Below are positions 25,801 to 36,534 of a stretch of DNA of 47,301 bases, in pieces. The number at the start of each line of letters is the position of its first letter. The first letter of the stretch is position 1. Location of the stretch: positions 1-47,301 of the forward strand of contig JAAYRJ010000158.1 of NCBI GenBank assembly GCA_012518845.1, given 5' to 3'. The DNA comes from Clostridiaceae bacterium (GTDB lineage Bacteria > Bacillota > Clostridia > Saccharofermentanales > DTU023). A program made the translations under genes and the position numbers. The notes under the pieces are model-generated. The model saw only the letters and a list, made by a program, of their open reading frames with translations. It searched no databases and was not told the origin of the DNA.

Positions 25801-27630
25801 TTATCTGTTACCATTCACCTTATTATCCACTCCGTTAACATTATTTGAATTTGAAGCAGGAACTGGACTACCACGCATCGCTTCAAATAAATCTTGATCT
25901 TTAAGTGATATACTGATTGAATTTGCAAATTGATCATTTGATTTTGTTTTAAGTAATAAATTAATCATCGTTTCTGTTACCGATAAAGTTTCTGAACCAG
26001 AAAAGGCTTTGCGCATTGCCCATACTGTATTTAGTTCTTCTTTTGACATTAGTAAATCTTCACGTCTTGTGCTTGACTTGTTAAGGTCAATTGCTGGGAA
26101 AACACGCTTTTCTGCCAATTTGCGATCTAGAACCACTTCCATATTACCAGTGCCTTTAAACTCTTCAAAAATAACTTCATCCATTCTTGAACCGGTATCG
26201 ATCAAAGCTGTGGCAATAATTGTCAAACTACCGCCATTTTCGATATTCCTCGCCGCCCCAAAAAAACGTTTAGGACCATGAAGAGCTCCTGGGTCAAGCC
26301 CTCCAGATAAAGTTCTACCAGTTGGATTAATTGTTAAATTATAAGCTCTAGACATCCGTGTAATGCTATCTAATAAAATAACCACATCATGGTTCAATTC
26401 CACTAGCCGCATTGCTCTTTCTAAAACCAACTCCGTAACTTTAACATGATTTTCTGGAGTTTTATCAAAAGTAGAATATACAACTTCACCATCTATGGAT
26501 CGTTGCATATCTGTTACTTCTTCTGGTCTTTCATCTATTAACAAGACAAAAAGTTTAGAATCTGGATTGTTAATACTAATCGCATTTGCTATTTTTTTCA
26601 AAAGAACGGTTTTACCTGCTTTTGGAGGTGAGACAATCATGCCTCTTTGACCTTTGCCAATTGGTGAAATTAAGTCAATCATCCTAGTTGCTAATTCTTT
26701 TTGATGTGTCTCTAGTTTATATTTTTCATCTGGATAGATTGGTGTCAATCGATCAAATTGAGGTCTTCTATTCATTTGCTCTGGTGGCAAATCATTAACC
26801 AAATTGATATAGCTTATAGCCCTATATTTTTCTGAATCTTTTTGTAATTTTGCTGGACCTTCGATTTTATCACCATTTCTTAAATTGAAACGTCTAATAA
26901 ATTGTGGTGGCACATAAAAATCACGATTACTTTGTAGATAATTCTCAACCCTTAGAAAACCATAATTATCAGGCATTATCTCTAAGATACCTTGAACAAT
27001 TTCTTGTTCTTCTTGTTTTTCATTATTATCTTGGGAGTTTTGAGAATCAGACTGTTCAGACTCAGATTTGTCCTTATCCGTTTCGTTTCCAGTTAAATCA
27101 ATAATTTTCTTTTCGGTCGCTTTAGATTTTTTGGTACGAGATTTTGGTTTAGATTCTTTGTCTTTAGTAGATTTATCTGTATCTTCTTTAGATTCTGATT
27201 CTTCTTTTTTTTGTGTTTTGGAAGTGCGTTTTTGGGTTGATGTTGTCCGAGTAGTTTTTGATTCAGTCTTATCTTCTAAAGTTTCATCATCTTTTGCTTC
27301 AGATTTTTCTTCTAGATCAGCTAACTCCATTTGTTTAGATTCATCAGAATTATCTTGTTTTGTTGTTTTAGCTGCAGAGCCCGTTTTTTTGGTAGATGTT
27401 TTTTTGGTTGCTTGCCGCTTTTTAGTATCTGATGATTTTGGCTTAGGCTCTTGCTTTTCTTTTTCTTCAGCTTCTTGTTGATCTTGATGAGCCTGATTCG
27501 CATTTTCTAAAACTTCTAAAATTTGAGCTTTAGTCATACGATTTGTTTCTTTCGTAGTTAATATACCTGATAGATGTGCAATCTCAATGAGATCACTCTT
27601 CGTTTTGCCCTTGAGCATAGATGACGACAT
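25801..27630 (-). CDS. rho: Transcription termination factor Rho with long N-terminal insertion
   Basis: [38 protein letters not shown] and EEFKGTGN motifs. Confidence 0.97.
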   Translation of the reverse strand: MSSSMLKGKTKSDLIEIAHLSGILTTKETNRMTKAQILEVLENANQAHQDQQEAEEKEKQEPKPKSSDTKKRQATKKTSTKKTGSAAKTTKQDNSDESKQMELADLEEKSEAKDDETLEDKTESKTTRTTSTQKRTSKTQKKEESESKEDTDKSTKDKESKPKSRTKKSKATEKKIIDLTGNETDKDKSESEQSDSQNSQDNNEKQEEQEIVQGILEIMPDNYGFLRVENYLQSNRDFYVPPQFIRRFNLRNGDKIEGPAKLQKDSEKYRAISYINLVNDLPPEQMNRRPQFDRLTPIYPDEKYKLETHQKELATRMIDLISPIGKGQRGMIVSPPKAGKTVLLKKIANAISINNPDSKLFVLLIDERPEEVTDMQRSIDGEVVYSTFDKTPENHVKVTELVLERAMRLVELNHDVVILLDSITRMSRAYNLTINPTGRTLSGGLDPGALHGPKRFFGAARNIENGGSLTIIATALIDTGSRMDEVIFEEFKGTGNMEVVLDRKLAEKRVFPAIDLNKSSTRREDLLMSKEELNTVWAMRKAFSGSETLSVTETMINLLLKTKSNDQFANSISISLKDQDLFEAMRGSPVPASNSNNVNGVDNKVNGNR

Positions 27631-27801
27631 AAACTTCTCCTCTTTGTCGATATTTTTATTAAATTGTATTTATTTTGAAGTGATTTATAAATGAAAATTA
27701 GGAATCTATCCCTCAGAACAAACTGATGGTAAACTTTTTTACCAATTTGGTCAAGTGGATTTCTAAGAAATCGTTAAATTAAATGCTATTAATGGCTCTA
27801 A

Positions 27802-28809
27802 TTATCCACTAATAGCATCAAATTTATCCATAATATTTAAAGCCAGACCTGTTCCTACTGCAACACAAGAAATTGGATCTTCTGCGATAGTTATTTCAAC
27901 ACCTACTTTAGCTTCTAGCATACGATCTATACCGTATAGCAAAGCTCCTCCTCCACTCATCATAATGCCTCTTTGGGAAATATCAGCCATAAGCTCTGGC
28001 GGCGTACGCTCCAAAACACTGTGTACACCATCATAAATTTGATTGATCGGTTCCTCCAAAGCCTCTAACATTTCTGTTGACGTTAGGGTCAAAGTTGCAG
28101 GCATACCTGTTATTAAATTACGTCCTCTCACTTCCATGCTTAATTCTTGTTCTCTTGGATAAGCACAACCAATATTTATCTTAAGATCCTCAGCTGTTTG
28201 TTCACCTATCAAAATATTATGTTTGCGACGAACATATTTAATTATTGCTTGATCAAAAGCATTACCAGCAATTTTTAATGAATCATGTACGACTGGCTGA
28301 CACATTGAAATAACAGCAATATCTGTTGTACCACCACCGATATCAACAACCATTGATCCATTTGCCTGTGTGATATCAATGCCAGAACCAATTGCTGCTG
28401 CAATAGGTTCTCTAATTAGATACACTTCTTTTGCACCAGCATGGCGACATGCATCTTCTACAGCTCTTTGTTCAACTTGTGTAATTACTGTTGGCACACA
28501 AACTACAATTGAAGGTTTAAAATATCTAGCCAAAAATCCTGTTGATACTTTACTAATAAATGCACGTAACATAACTTCTGTTACTTTATAATCTGAAATA
28601 ACTCCATCTTTAAGTGGCCTAACTGCTTCAACATTTTCTGGTGTTCTACCTAACATTAAAGCTGCACTTTCTCCTACTGCTAACACTTTACCTGAGCGCG
28701 AATTAATTGCCACAACTGATGGTTCTTGCAGCACAATACCTTTGCCGCGAACATAAATGAGGACACTTGATGTACCTAAATCAATGCCCATGTTCATTCC
28801 TAATCCCAT
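27802..28809 (-). CDS. mreB: Rod shape-determining actin homolog (MreB/Mbl)
   Basis: GIDLGT, EPSVVA, RPLKDGVI, DIGGGTT and GGGALL motifs. Start moved to ATG 28809, which has a GAGG RBS. Stand-alone (no mreCD), so possibly Mbl. Confidence 0.92.
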   Translation of the reverse strand: MGLGMNMGIDLGTSSVLIYVRGKGIVLQEPSVVAINSRSGKVLAVGESAALMLGRTPENVEAVRPLKDGVISDYKVTEVMLRAFISKVSTGFLARYFKPSIVVCVPTVITQVEQRAVEDACRHAGAKEVYLIREPIAAAIGSGIDITQANGSMVVDIGGGTTDIAVISMCQPVVHDSLKIAGNAFDQAIIKYVRRKHNILIGEQTAEDLKINIGCAYPREQELSMEVRGRNLITGMPATLTLTSTEMLEALEEPINQIYDGVHSVLERTPPELMADISQRGIMMSGGGALLYGIDRMLEAKVGVEITIAEDPISCVAVGTGLALNIMDKFDAISG

Positions 28810-29060
28810 GAAATGATTACCTCGAAAATCTATATAAAAAAACGAATTAAATTTAATCAAAAGTAGATAAAAGGAAACGGAAAAATCTCCTTGCCCTACA
28901 GTGAATAAATAATACATTATTCATCTCATTTTCGCAAACATGGTTTTCTGCAAATGATCTACAATAATATTAAAAATTTATTAAATAGTTATCTCAAAAA
29001 CCACAATAAAATTATTAAAATTGTTAGAAAAAACAAAAACAGCCACAGAAAGTACATTTA

Positions 29061-29693
29061 TTATTCTGCCAGCTCATCAGAATAATTGTCAGGATCATAG
29101 CGATATATTATAAATTTCTTTTTTGGATCTTTTTTCCATGGCAAACGTACAGTTTTAATTCGTTTAAATTTTGTTTTTTTCATAATTCGTTTAAACGAAT
29201 TTTCTGGATAATATAAAATCAAGTCTGCCATCCTAGGATTTTTTTCGAGAGAATTTTGAATGTTCTCTACAACTTCTTGAAATATTGATGAAGCAAAGGG
29301 ATTAAAAAAATAAAAAATAGTATCTTGAGGCTGTATTTTATAATTTTCAGCATAACCAAATTCAAAATATAAATTGGAAGAAGTTAATCCTTTATTTCTT
29401 AGATATCGCTCTTCATTTTTCATTAACTCATCAAATGTTAGTTCATGAAGTTCTACACCCGAAACATCAATACCAAATTCATCATGGACATAGAAGCTTG
29501 TTCTTCCTCTTCCTGCACCAAAATCAACAAAAGCATCATTTTCATAAACTTTATACTCTTCAAAAAGTTTATCTAATCCCTTGTATGGTGTTGATTCAGT
29601 TCTATTATAAATTTTAGCATCTTCGCCTCGCCAATGGCGTAAACCAGTTGTTGAAATCCACAAAGCTGCATCTCTTTTGAGTTCGTCTGACAC
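29061..29693 (-). CDS. Class I SAM-dependent methyltransferase
   Basis: VDFGAGRGR motif I and FYFFNPF. Confidence 0.85.
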   Translation of the reverse strand: MSDELKRDAALWISTTGLRHWRGEDAKIYNRTESTPYKGLDKLFEEYKVYENDAFVDFGAGRGRTSFYVHDEFGIDVSGVELHELTFDELMKNEERYLRNKGLTSSNLYFEFGYAENYKIQPQDTIFYFFNPFASSIFQEVVENIQNSLEKNPRMADLILYYPENSFKRIMKKTKFKRIKTVRLPWKKDPKKKFIIYRYDPDNYSDELAE

Positions 29694-29922
29694 TTTGTTA
29701 TTCCCTTCTACTAAGATTTCTACTATATTAAATCAGGATATAAAAGTTAATAATGTTTATAAAAGTATAACATCATATTTCAAGAGTTTGTGATTATTCA
29801 AGTATTACTCTAACTGGATCAATTTTTGAGAGATAGAAAACTGATGATAAAATCTACAAATGTTATAATTACAAAAAATTTCATTGATTCTTAAATCTTG
29901 AAAAAAAGCAGGAGTTAATATA

Positions 29923-31176
29923 ATGAGCAAAGATAATTATCTAGAAAAATATGCAAAAGCAATTGCTAAAGTAGGGATAAATGTTAAAGAAAACGATAAT
30001 ATTATTATCAACACAGATGTTAATTCTTTACCACTTGTTCGCTTAATATCAAACATTTTGTGGGAACATGGAGCAAATGATGTAATTGTCAAAATAGATG
30101 ATAAAGAACTAAGTCGAATTGCTTATGAAAAAGCTAGCCTTCATTCCTTAGGAACTGTTGAAAATTTTAAGACTGATTATGCGATTGCTTTAATGGAAAA
30201 AGAGTATCATCGAATGTCAATTAGCTCAGCATATCCTGATTATTTTTCAAAGATAAAACAGGAAAATCTAAAAGTCGCTCAACAAGCAAATGCTATAGCA
30301 AGAAAGCCATTACAAAAATATATGGATAAAGGCAATATTAAATGGGTTGTTGCTGCAACCGCTTCTCCTTATTGGGCAAACTTGCTTTTCCCTGATTTGC
30401 CGGAGAAAAAAGCTGTAGATAAATTATGGGAATTAATTTTTCTTAGCTGCCACATTGATGAAAATGATCCAGTGGAGAATTGGCTACAACATAATCAAAA
30501 ATTAAAATCATATGAAAACTGGCTAAACGAACAAAATTTTGAATATTTGCAATACAACGGACCAGGTACAAAGCTAAAAGTATATTTAGCGGATAAACAT
30601 AGATGGATTGGCGGTTCTTCGACAACACCTAATGGAGTACAATACATGGCAAATATGCCAACCGAAGAAATTTTTACTACTCCACATATGCAAAAAGTTG
30701 ACGGCTACGTTACTTCAACCAAACCTTTATCTATAATGGGAAAAATGATAGAAGAGTTTACTTTTGAATTTAAAGATGGCAAAGTCGTTAATTTCAATGC
30801 AAACGAGAATCATGACGTTTTAGAAACTTTATTTGAAACAGATGAAAATTCAACACGTTTGGGTGAAGTTGCAATTGTGCCCAATTCCTCCCCTATATCT
30901 AAAACTAATACATTGTTTAGATCGACCTTATTTGATGAAAATGCTTCATGTCATTTTGCCCTTGGCCAATCTTATGCAGAAACTATTGTTAATGGCGAAA
31001 ACTTATCAGAAGCTGAAAAAGAAAAACTTGGTGCTAATCATTCTATGATTCATGTAGATTTTATGATAGGTAGTGAAAATTTAAATATTCTGGGTGTCAG
31101 AAATGATGGAATAGAAATTCCCATTCTAACTAGAGGCGAATGGGCTTTCGAATTAGAAAACAGCTTAGGTTTTTAA
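29923..31176 (+). CDS. M29 family aminopeptidase (AmpS/PepS-like)
   Basis: ANMPTEEIFT.P, LGEVA, LFDENASCHFALG and S.IHVDFMIG motifs. Confidence 0.93.
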   Translation: MSKDNYLEKYAKAIAKVGINVKENDNIIINTDVNSLPLVRLISNILWEHGANDVIVKIDDKELSRIAYEKASLHSLGTVENFKTDYAIALMEKEYHRMSISSAYPDYFSKIKQENLKVAQQANAIARKPLQKYMDKGNIKWVVAATASPYWANLLFPDLPEKKAVDKLWELIFLSCHIDENDPVENWLQHNQKLKSYENWLNEQNFEYLQYNGPGTKLKVYLADKHRWIGGSSTTPNGVQYMANMPTEEIFTTPHMQKVDGYVTSTKPLSIMGKMIEEFTFEFKDGKVVNFNANENHDVLETLFETDENSTRLGEVAIVPNSSPISKTNTLFRSTLFDENASCHFALGQSYAETIVNGENLSEAEKEKLGANHSMIHVDFMIGSENLNILGVRNDGIEIPILTRGEWAFELENSLGF

Positions 31177-31378
31177 CAATTTTGTTATTACAAAAATCGT
31201 CATTTTCATAGTTATTTTAGAAATTCATTGTTCATTTGTTTTGAAAGAATTGAGATAACAGTTGATTTTGTAGCCTTTTTTACAAAAAAATCATCTTAAC
31301 TTAAACAAAATGAGAATCTTATATAAGGTGTTATAGTAAAGGTTATTAATCTTTCAAATAACATTAAAGGAGAAAATT

Positions 31379-31711
31379 ATGGAACAAACAGATTTTGGTG
31401 TAAAACTAGAAGCAATTGCTCATAACTCCGTTGGCTATTTTGGCGATCCAGAAGGATTTGAAGAAATTTTATATAAAACAAAATCACCTCGTTCATATTT
31501 AGTAGTTGGTAAGGGTGGACATTCTTCAAAATATGCTAATACGGAAATTAGAGAATTAACGAAAAGACAAGCACAAGATTATTTAATCGAAGTTAAGGGC
31601 GAAGAGGAAGCATACAATATCATTCCTTTAGATAAAAAGCCTGCAACAAAAAAAGCTGCACCTAAAAAGACAGCGGCAAAGAAAACAACTACAAAAAAGA
31701 CAAAAAAATAA
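31379..31711 (+). CDS. Hypothetical protein with histone H1-like Lys/Ala/Thr tail
   Basis: Strong AAGGAG RBS, own terminator, C-terminal KKPATKKAAPKKTAAKKTTTKKTKK. Confidence 0.8.
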   Translation: MEQTDFGVKLEAIAHNSVGYFGDPEGFEEILYKTKSPRSYLVVGKGGHSSKYANTEIRELTKRQAQDYLIEVKGEEEAYNIIPLDKKPATKKAAPKKTAAKKTTTKKTKK

Positions 31712-31741
31712 TTGATTAGTTTTATAGCTTAAAATTATTAG

Positions 31742-31781
31742 AAAATCCTGATGAAACTATTTGGAACATCAGGATTTTTTT
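31742..31781. terminator. Terminator between convergent genes
   Basis: AAAATCCTGATG...CATCAGGATTTT, followed by a T-run. Confidence 0.8.
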
Positions 31782-31848
31782 ATTAATGTTGATAAACTAT
31801 TTACATCTCTTGACTAGCGACACAACAAGCAAAATATTTTCACAAGTA

Positions 31849-32445
31849 CTATTCTATTAAATTACCACGTTCTGTATGTTCATCAACAATCTTCATTGCA
31901 TAATCATAAAGAACTTTAGAACCAGCTTTTGTAATTTCTTGACGTTTGAGAACTTGATTTTTTTGAACTTTATGGCTAATCCAATCCTGTCCACCATTAC
32001 TATTATTTAAGACAATTGGCTGAATATTATCCATAGCCCTGGCAAACTTTGCCTCGGCTGTTTCTTCGGCATTAAATTCATCAAAAAGTGCGATAAATTC
32101 CTGTTTTTGATCCTCGGGCAATAATGAGAACAACACTTCTTTAGCTTCATCTTCCCTTGCAGCTTGTGATTCCTTATTTTCTGTGTCATATGCATATGTG
32201 TCGCCAGCAATTATTTCGACCACATCATGTAATAGACACATAACTATTACTTTGGCAACATCAATTTCCTCATTCGAATATTCTTTTAAGGTATAGGCCA
32301 TTAAAGCAATATGCCATGAATGTTCTGCAACATTTTCTTTTCTTCCATATCCAGACAAATGCGTTTGCCTAAAAACATTCTTTGCTTTATCTATTTCCAA
32401 GGCAAATTGCATTTGTTGTTTAAGTCTTTTTTCTTTATCTTGCAT
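31849..32445 (-). CDS. HD-domain phosphohydrolase (YfbR/HDDC2-like)
   Basis: ENVAEHSWH, LLHDVVEI.AGD and EAKFA.AMD motifs. Confidence 0.9.
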   Translation of the reverse strand: MQDKEKRLKQQMQFALEIDKAKNVFRQTHLSGYGRKENVAEHSWHIALMAYTLKEYSNEEIDVAKVIVMCLLHDVVEIIAGDTYAYDTENKESQAAREDEAKEVLFSLLPEDQKQEFIALFDEFNAEETAEAKFARAMDNIQPIVLNNSNGGQDWISHKVQKNQVLKRQEITKAGSKVLYDYAMKIVDEHTERGNLIE

Positions 32446-32550
32446 AACTAACCCTCATCATTATTTCTATGAATATATCATACATTAACTATGTTATATG
32501 TACTTTAATAGTTTGTTCCCATTCATTTTTCTTAACAAGCTTAACCACAA

Positions 32551-33291
32551 CTAAAATATAAGAAATTTAAAATAGGCCAAACATTCTCTTAAGAGATTAT
32601 TTGGTAAATAAAATACTGTAGATTTAGCAGCCAGCCCGTAAACATTTTCCATGTCTAAATGATCGGCAATTTTCAAAGCTCTAAACACATGAAAATCATT
32701 TGTAACAATGCCTATAGAACTGGATTCTTCTATTAATTTATAACTGTTTTCCAGATTTTCTTTGGTACTGATCGAAGTACTTTCTAGAATAATTCTCTCC
32801 TGCGAAATACCATGTTTAATTAAATAAGCTTGCATTACAATAGCTTCTGCTTGTGTTTCATTTTCGCCCTGACCACCAGAAACTATACATTTAGTTGCTG
32901 GATTTTGGTATAAATAATCAATACTCTGATCCAAACGAAACTTTAACACTTTGCTAGGAGCATTATTCTTAACCTGGGCACCAAGCACAATTATATAATC
33001 TAACTGAGGTTTAGCTTGATCATTAAAATGAGTAAATATATTTGCAAGTGTAAAAATCATAAAACCAGAAACAATAATAACTAGACCTAAAAAGATGAAC
33101 TTGAGCGTCTTGGAAATAGTAGCCCACACTTGAAAATGAACAACTAAAGCAAATGATAAAAAGATAATTCCTATTAAAAACCAGATAAGAAAAAATTTTG
33201 TACCCGACCTAATACCTGCAATCAATACACCATAAAGAAAACTTAAAATAGCAAGTAATAACCAAAAAATAGTTAAGAATTTTATTTTCAT
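32551..33291 (-). CDS. YdcF/ElyC-like DUF218 membrane protein
   Basis: IIVLGA, SGGQG.NE, STKENL, VTNDFH..RA and RE motifs; 3 N-terminal TM helices. Confidence 0.9.
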   Translation of the reverse strand: MKIKFLTIFWLLLAILSFLYGVLIAGIRSGTKFFLIWFLIGIIFLSFALVVHFQVWATISKTLKFIFLGLVIIVSGFMIFTLANIFTHFNDQAKPQLDYIIVLGAQVKNNAPSKVLKFRLDQSIDYLYQNPATKCIVSGGQGENETQAEAIVMQAYLIKHGISQERIILESTSISTKENLENSYKLIEESSSIGIVTNDFHVFRALKIADHLDMENVYGLAAKSTVFYLPNNLLRECLAYFKFLIF

Positions 33292-33330
33292 AGAATTACT
33301 CCAAATTTATGATGATTTATTAATGAAGAT

Positions 33331-33362
33331 ATGCCCACAAAATGTTGCGAAATTGTGGGCAT
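33331..33362. terminator. Hairpin downstream of folT
   Basis: ATGCCCACAA-N12-TTGTGGGCAT; the U-tract is weak. Confidence 0.5.
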
Positions 33363-33409
33363 GATTTTAACATTTTGTTATCTGGATTGTTTTATTAAAC
33401 TCTTTTAAT

Positions 33410-34297
33410 TTATTGAGATTTTACTGAATCTAATTTTATCACTTTAGAAACAGAGTTGCTAATTGCAACAACTAAAAAGGCATATAATGGACCAGAAAGA
33501 GCTTGTTTAATGGCTGCCCTACCAACCAACACCCAAAATCCTTGACCAAACAAAATCATTTGGAAAAGTGGCGCTAGAAATACAGAAGTAATAAACTGTC
33601 CAACATAAACCCCGATCAAAACTTTGACAAAACTAAGTTTTGGATATTCTTCACCTAATAATCTTGTTACTATAACTGGAATTAAACCTGTTAAAGCCGA
33701 GGTTAAAGTAAATAATGGATTAAAGGCGAAAGATGATGGTCTGACAATAAAGCCTAATATATCTGCCACAGCACCAACGATAAAGCCGTTAATGGGACCT
33801 AAAAAATAACCAGCATATATAATTGGGAAACCGCCAAAACTTACAGAGCCAATGCGTAGTGTATTAATAATGACTGATAAGGCAACTAAAATTGCCATCA
33901 TGGTCAAACGTTTTGTAGTTATTGGTTTTAATCTATCTTCGGCTAAGATTTCACCAATCGCTCCAGCAAGTAAACCTATTACTAAACCTCCAATAATTAA
34001 CAGCCAAAAAAACTTACTGAGAAAAGCATTGTATTTTTCTGTAGCCTCAATCATGCTCTCACTTACTTCAAGCGGGATATAATAACGTAAAATAAACCCT
34101 ATCGAAATAGAAAAAACACCTGCCAATGTCCCAATTTTTTTATTAGTTTGCATCCCTATTAAAAAGATAAGTACTAAAGCCACGATATAGCCTGTATATG
34201 CTGCTGGTCTGGTTGGATAAAGTACAGCAACAATGCTGAAAATAAAAAGAACCAAGGCAATAACTTTTTGCCTGGTAGACAATTGCAATTCATTCAT
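33410..34297 (-). CDS. folT: Folate ECF transporter S component with extra N-terminal membrane domain
   Basis: The C-terminal ~165 aa has the S-component pattern (AILVAL, SFG.FP..G..LGP..G..VG..AD.LG, FNP.FT..AL.G). THF riboswitch upstream. ATG 34297 has an AAGGAGG RBS. Confidence 0.85.
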   Translation of the reverse strand: MNELQLSTRQKVIALVLFIFSIVAVLYPTRPAAYTGYIVALVLIFLIGMQTNKKIGTLAGVFSISIGFILRYYIPLEVSESMIEATEKYNAFLSKFFWLLIIGGLVIGLLAGAIGEILAEDRLKPITTKRLTMMAILVALSVIINTLRIGSVSFGGFPIIYAGYFLGPINGFIVGAVADILGFIVRPSSFAFNPLFTLTSALTGLIPVIVTRLLGEEYPKLSFVKVLIGVYVGQFITSVFLAPLFQMILFGQGFWVLVGRAAIKQALSGPLYAFLVVAISNSVSKVIKLDSVKSQ

Positions 34298-34339
34298 ATG
34301 ATCCTCCTTCATGTACTACTTAAGAGGATTATCCTTAAG

Positions 34340-34429
34340 CAGTGAACGCGATCACCAACCGCAATATTATTATTTTCGTATTAGGGCAACGTCCCATCCC
34401 TAATCACTTAACGCTGATGATCTACTCTG
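34340..34429 (-). ncRNA. THF (tetrahydrofolate) riboswitch
   Basis: The minus strand reads CAGAGUAG...GCGUUAAGUG...GGGAUGGGACGUUGCCC...ACGAA...UUGCGG...CGCGUUCACUG, matching the THF-I aptamer, directly upstream of folT. Confidence 0.93.
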
Positions 34430-34526
34430 AATATTGCTTCACTATCATAGCATTAAAAATACTTTTGTGTCGTCAGTTTTTATTTTTGATCAAGAAATTG
34501 ATTATTTCGATAATTTTTTCGCAAAG

Positions 34527-34540
34527 TTGATTCAAATCAA
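34527..34540 (+). promoter_or_regulatory. FNR-type box 1
   Basis: Perfect TTGAT-TCAA-ATCAA, 22 nt upstream of a TAAACT -10. Confidence 0.85.
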
Positions 34541-34606
34541 TGTTTAATCAAGCTATTAAAGTTAAACTCACATCAACAAAATCCAAAATCAGAAAAGGAG
34601 TTTGAG

Positions 34607-36457
34607 ATGCAACCTTTAATTTTAGCTAACAAAAATAAAATTACAGCAATCTCCGGTATCTTAATTGCAATTGGTTTTTTTGCCAATTTTGTCTTTGGTT
34701 CGGAATTAATATTTAATATCAGCTTTATCATTGCTTCACTGATTGGAGCATTGCCTATAGCAATACAAGCCTTCCAAGCCTTAAGGTTTAAAGTTATATC
34801 AATTGATCTTTTAGTAACTATTGCGGTTCTAGGTGCGTTCATTATTCAGAATTATGAAGAATCTGCTATTGTGACATTTTTGTTCTTATTTGGTTCTTAT
34901 CTTGAACAAAGAACCTTAAATAAAACCAGATCAGCCATTAAAAAATTAACAGAAATGGCGCCCGATACAGCCTTATTAAAAAAAGATGATGAATTTATAG
35001 AAGTAGACATCGATGAAGTTGAGATTGGTAACATCTTACTGGTTAAGACTGGTGCTAAAGTTCCAGTCGATGGAAAAGTTGTAGATGGTAACGGCTATGC
35101 TAACGAAGCTTCCATAACCGGTGAATCTAAACCTGTTAACAAAGATCTAGGTAAAAATGTTTATGCCGGTACAATTTTGGAAAATGGTACTATTCAAATC
35201 GAAGCGGAAAAAGTTGGTGAAGATACTACTTTTGGTAAAATTATCGAACTGGTTGAAGAGGCACAAGATTCCAAATCTAGTACAGAACGTTTTATTGATA
35301 AATTTGCAAAATATTACACCCCCTTTGTGCTTGTAATGGCTTTTGTAGTATGGCTATTTACAAAAGATATTGAGCTTTCGATTACAATTTTAGTACTTGG
35401 GTGTCCAGGTGCTCTAGTAATTGGTGTTCCTGTTTCTAATGTTGCTGGGATCGGCAATAGTGCCAAACATGGAGTACTCCTGAAGGGTTCGGAAATAATC
35501 AATGATTTTGCAAAAGTTGATAGCATCCTCTTTGATAAAACAGGGACTTTAACTGTAGGTAATCCAGAAGTTGCCGAGAAAAAGTACTATACTAAAGATA
35601 TTAATAGAGCTTTAGTCTATTTGCACTCGATTGAAAGTGAATCTGATCATCCACTTGCTAAAGCCATCCTAAAAGATATAGATGTCAAGCAAAAAGTAAA
35701 TATAGATTCAACCGAAGTTATTAAAGGCGGAGGTATTGTTGCAACAATTGACGGCCATGAAGTTGTCGTTGGTAATCCTACCTTATTAGAAGCAAACAAT
35801 GTAATTCTAACTGATGAAATAAAAGCAGATATCAGCAATTACGAACAAAGAGGAAATTCATTAGTGCTGATGGCAATTAATCAACAAGTACAAATCATCC
35901 TAGGAATTAGAGATCAAATTCGTCCAGGTGTAAAAAAGGATTTAGTCAAAATCAAAAAATTTGGAGTCGAAGATCTGATCGTACTTTCTGGTGACAATCA
36001 AGGTACAGTCGATTTGATTGCAAAAGAATTAGGTCTGACAAAAGCATATGGAAACTTGTTACCAGAAGAAAAATCAGCTTATATTACTAACTTGCAAGAG
36101 CAAGGAAAAATTGTGGCTTTTGTTGGTGATGGAGTTAATGACTCACCTTCTTTGGCTAGCGCTAATATTGGTATTGCCATGGGCTCTGGTACAGATGTTG
36201 CTATTGAAACTTCAGATGTTGTCATGATCAATTCTGATTTTTCCAAACTGCCAGATGCTCTCGCCATCACTAAAACAATCTCAAATAATATGATCCAAAA
36301 CATTATCATAGCAGTTGGTGTTGTTATTATTCTCTTGTCCGCTCTACTCTTTTCAGATTGGATGAATATGTCAATTGGTATGTTAGTTCATGAAGGCTCA
36401 ATCTTAGCTGTAATTTTAAACGGTATGAGACTATTAAGATATAAACCAAAATTTTAA
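34607..36457 (+). CDS. Heavy-metal P1B-type ATPase (CPG motif, no N-terminal metal-binding domain)
   Basis: TGES, GCPGAL, DKTGTLT, HP, GDGVND and HEGS motifs. Confidence 0.93.
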   Translation: MQPLILANKNKITAISGILIAIGFFANFVFGSELIFNISFIIASLIGALPIAIQAFQALRFKVISIDLLVTIAVLGAFIIQNYEESAIVTFLFLFGSYLEQRTLNKTRSAIKKLTEMAPDTALLKKDDEFIEVDIDEVEIGNILLVKTGAKVPVDGKVVDGNGYANEASITGESKPVNKDLGKNVYAGTILENGTIQIEAEKVGEDTTFGKIIELVEEAQDSKSSTERFIDKFAKYYTPFVLVMAFVVWLFTKDIELSITILVLGCPGALVIGVPVSNVAGIGNSAKHGVLLKGSEIINDFAKVDSILFDKTGTLTVGNPEVAEKKYYTKDINRALVYLHSIESESDHPLAKAILKDIDVKQKVNIDSTEVIKGGGIVATIDGHEVVVGNPTLLEANNVILTDEIKADISNYEQRGNSLVLMAINQQVQIILGIRDQIRPGVKKDLVKIKKFGVEDLIVLSGDNQGTVDLIAKELGLTKAYGNLLPEEKSAYITNLQEQGKIVAFVGDGVNDSPSLASANIGIAMGSGTDVAIETSDVVMINSDFSKLPDALAITKTISNNMIQNIIIAVGVVIILLSALLFSDWMNMSIGMLVHEGSILAVILNGMRLLRYKPKF

Positions 36458-36462
36458 GAAAC

Positions 36463-36476
36463 TTGATTTAGATCAA
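36463..36476 (+). promoter_or_regulatory. FNR-type box 2
   Basis: Perfect TTGAT-TTAG-ATCAA, 21 nt upstream of a TAAAAT -10. Confidence 0.85.
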
Positions 36477-36534
36477 TGCGTATTAATTTATTCTTTCTAA
36501 AATAGAATGTACAAAATAATTTAAAAGGAGAAAC

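Noticed and set aside
27068-27481. 137-aa Ser/Val/Phe-rich plus-strand ORF
   Set aside because: Antisense shadow of the low-complexity Rho insertion.
34342-34530. 62-aa plus-strand ORF
   Set aside because: Antisense to the THF riboswitch and its promoter.
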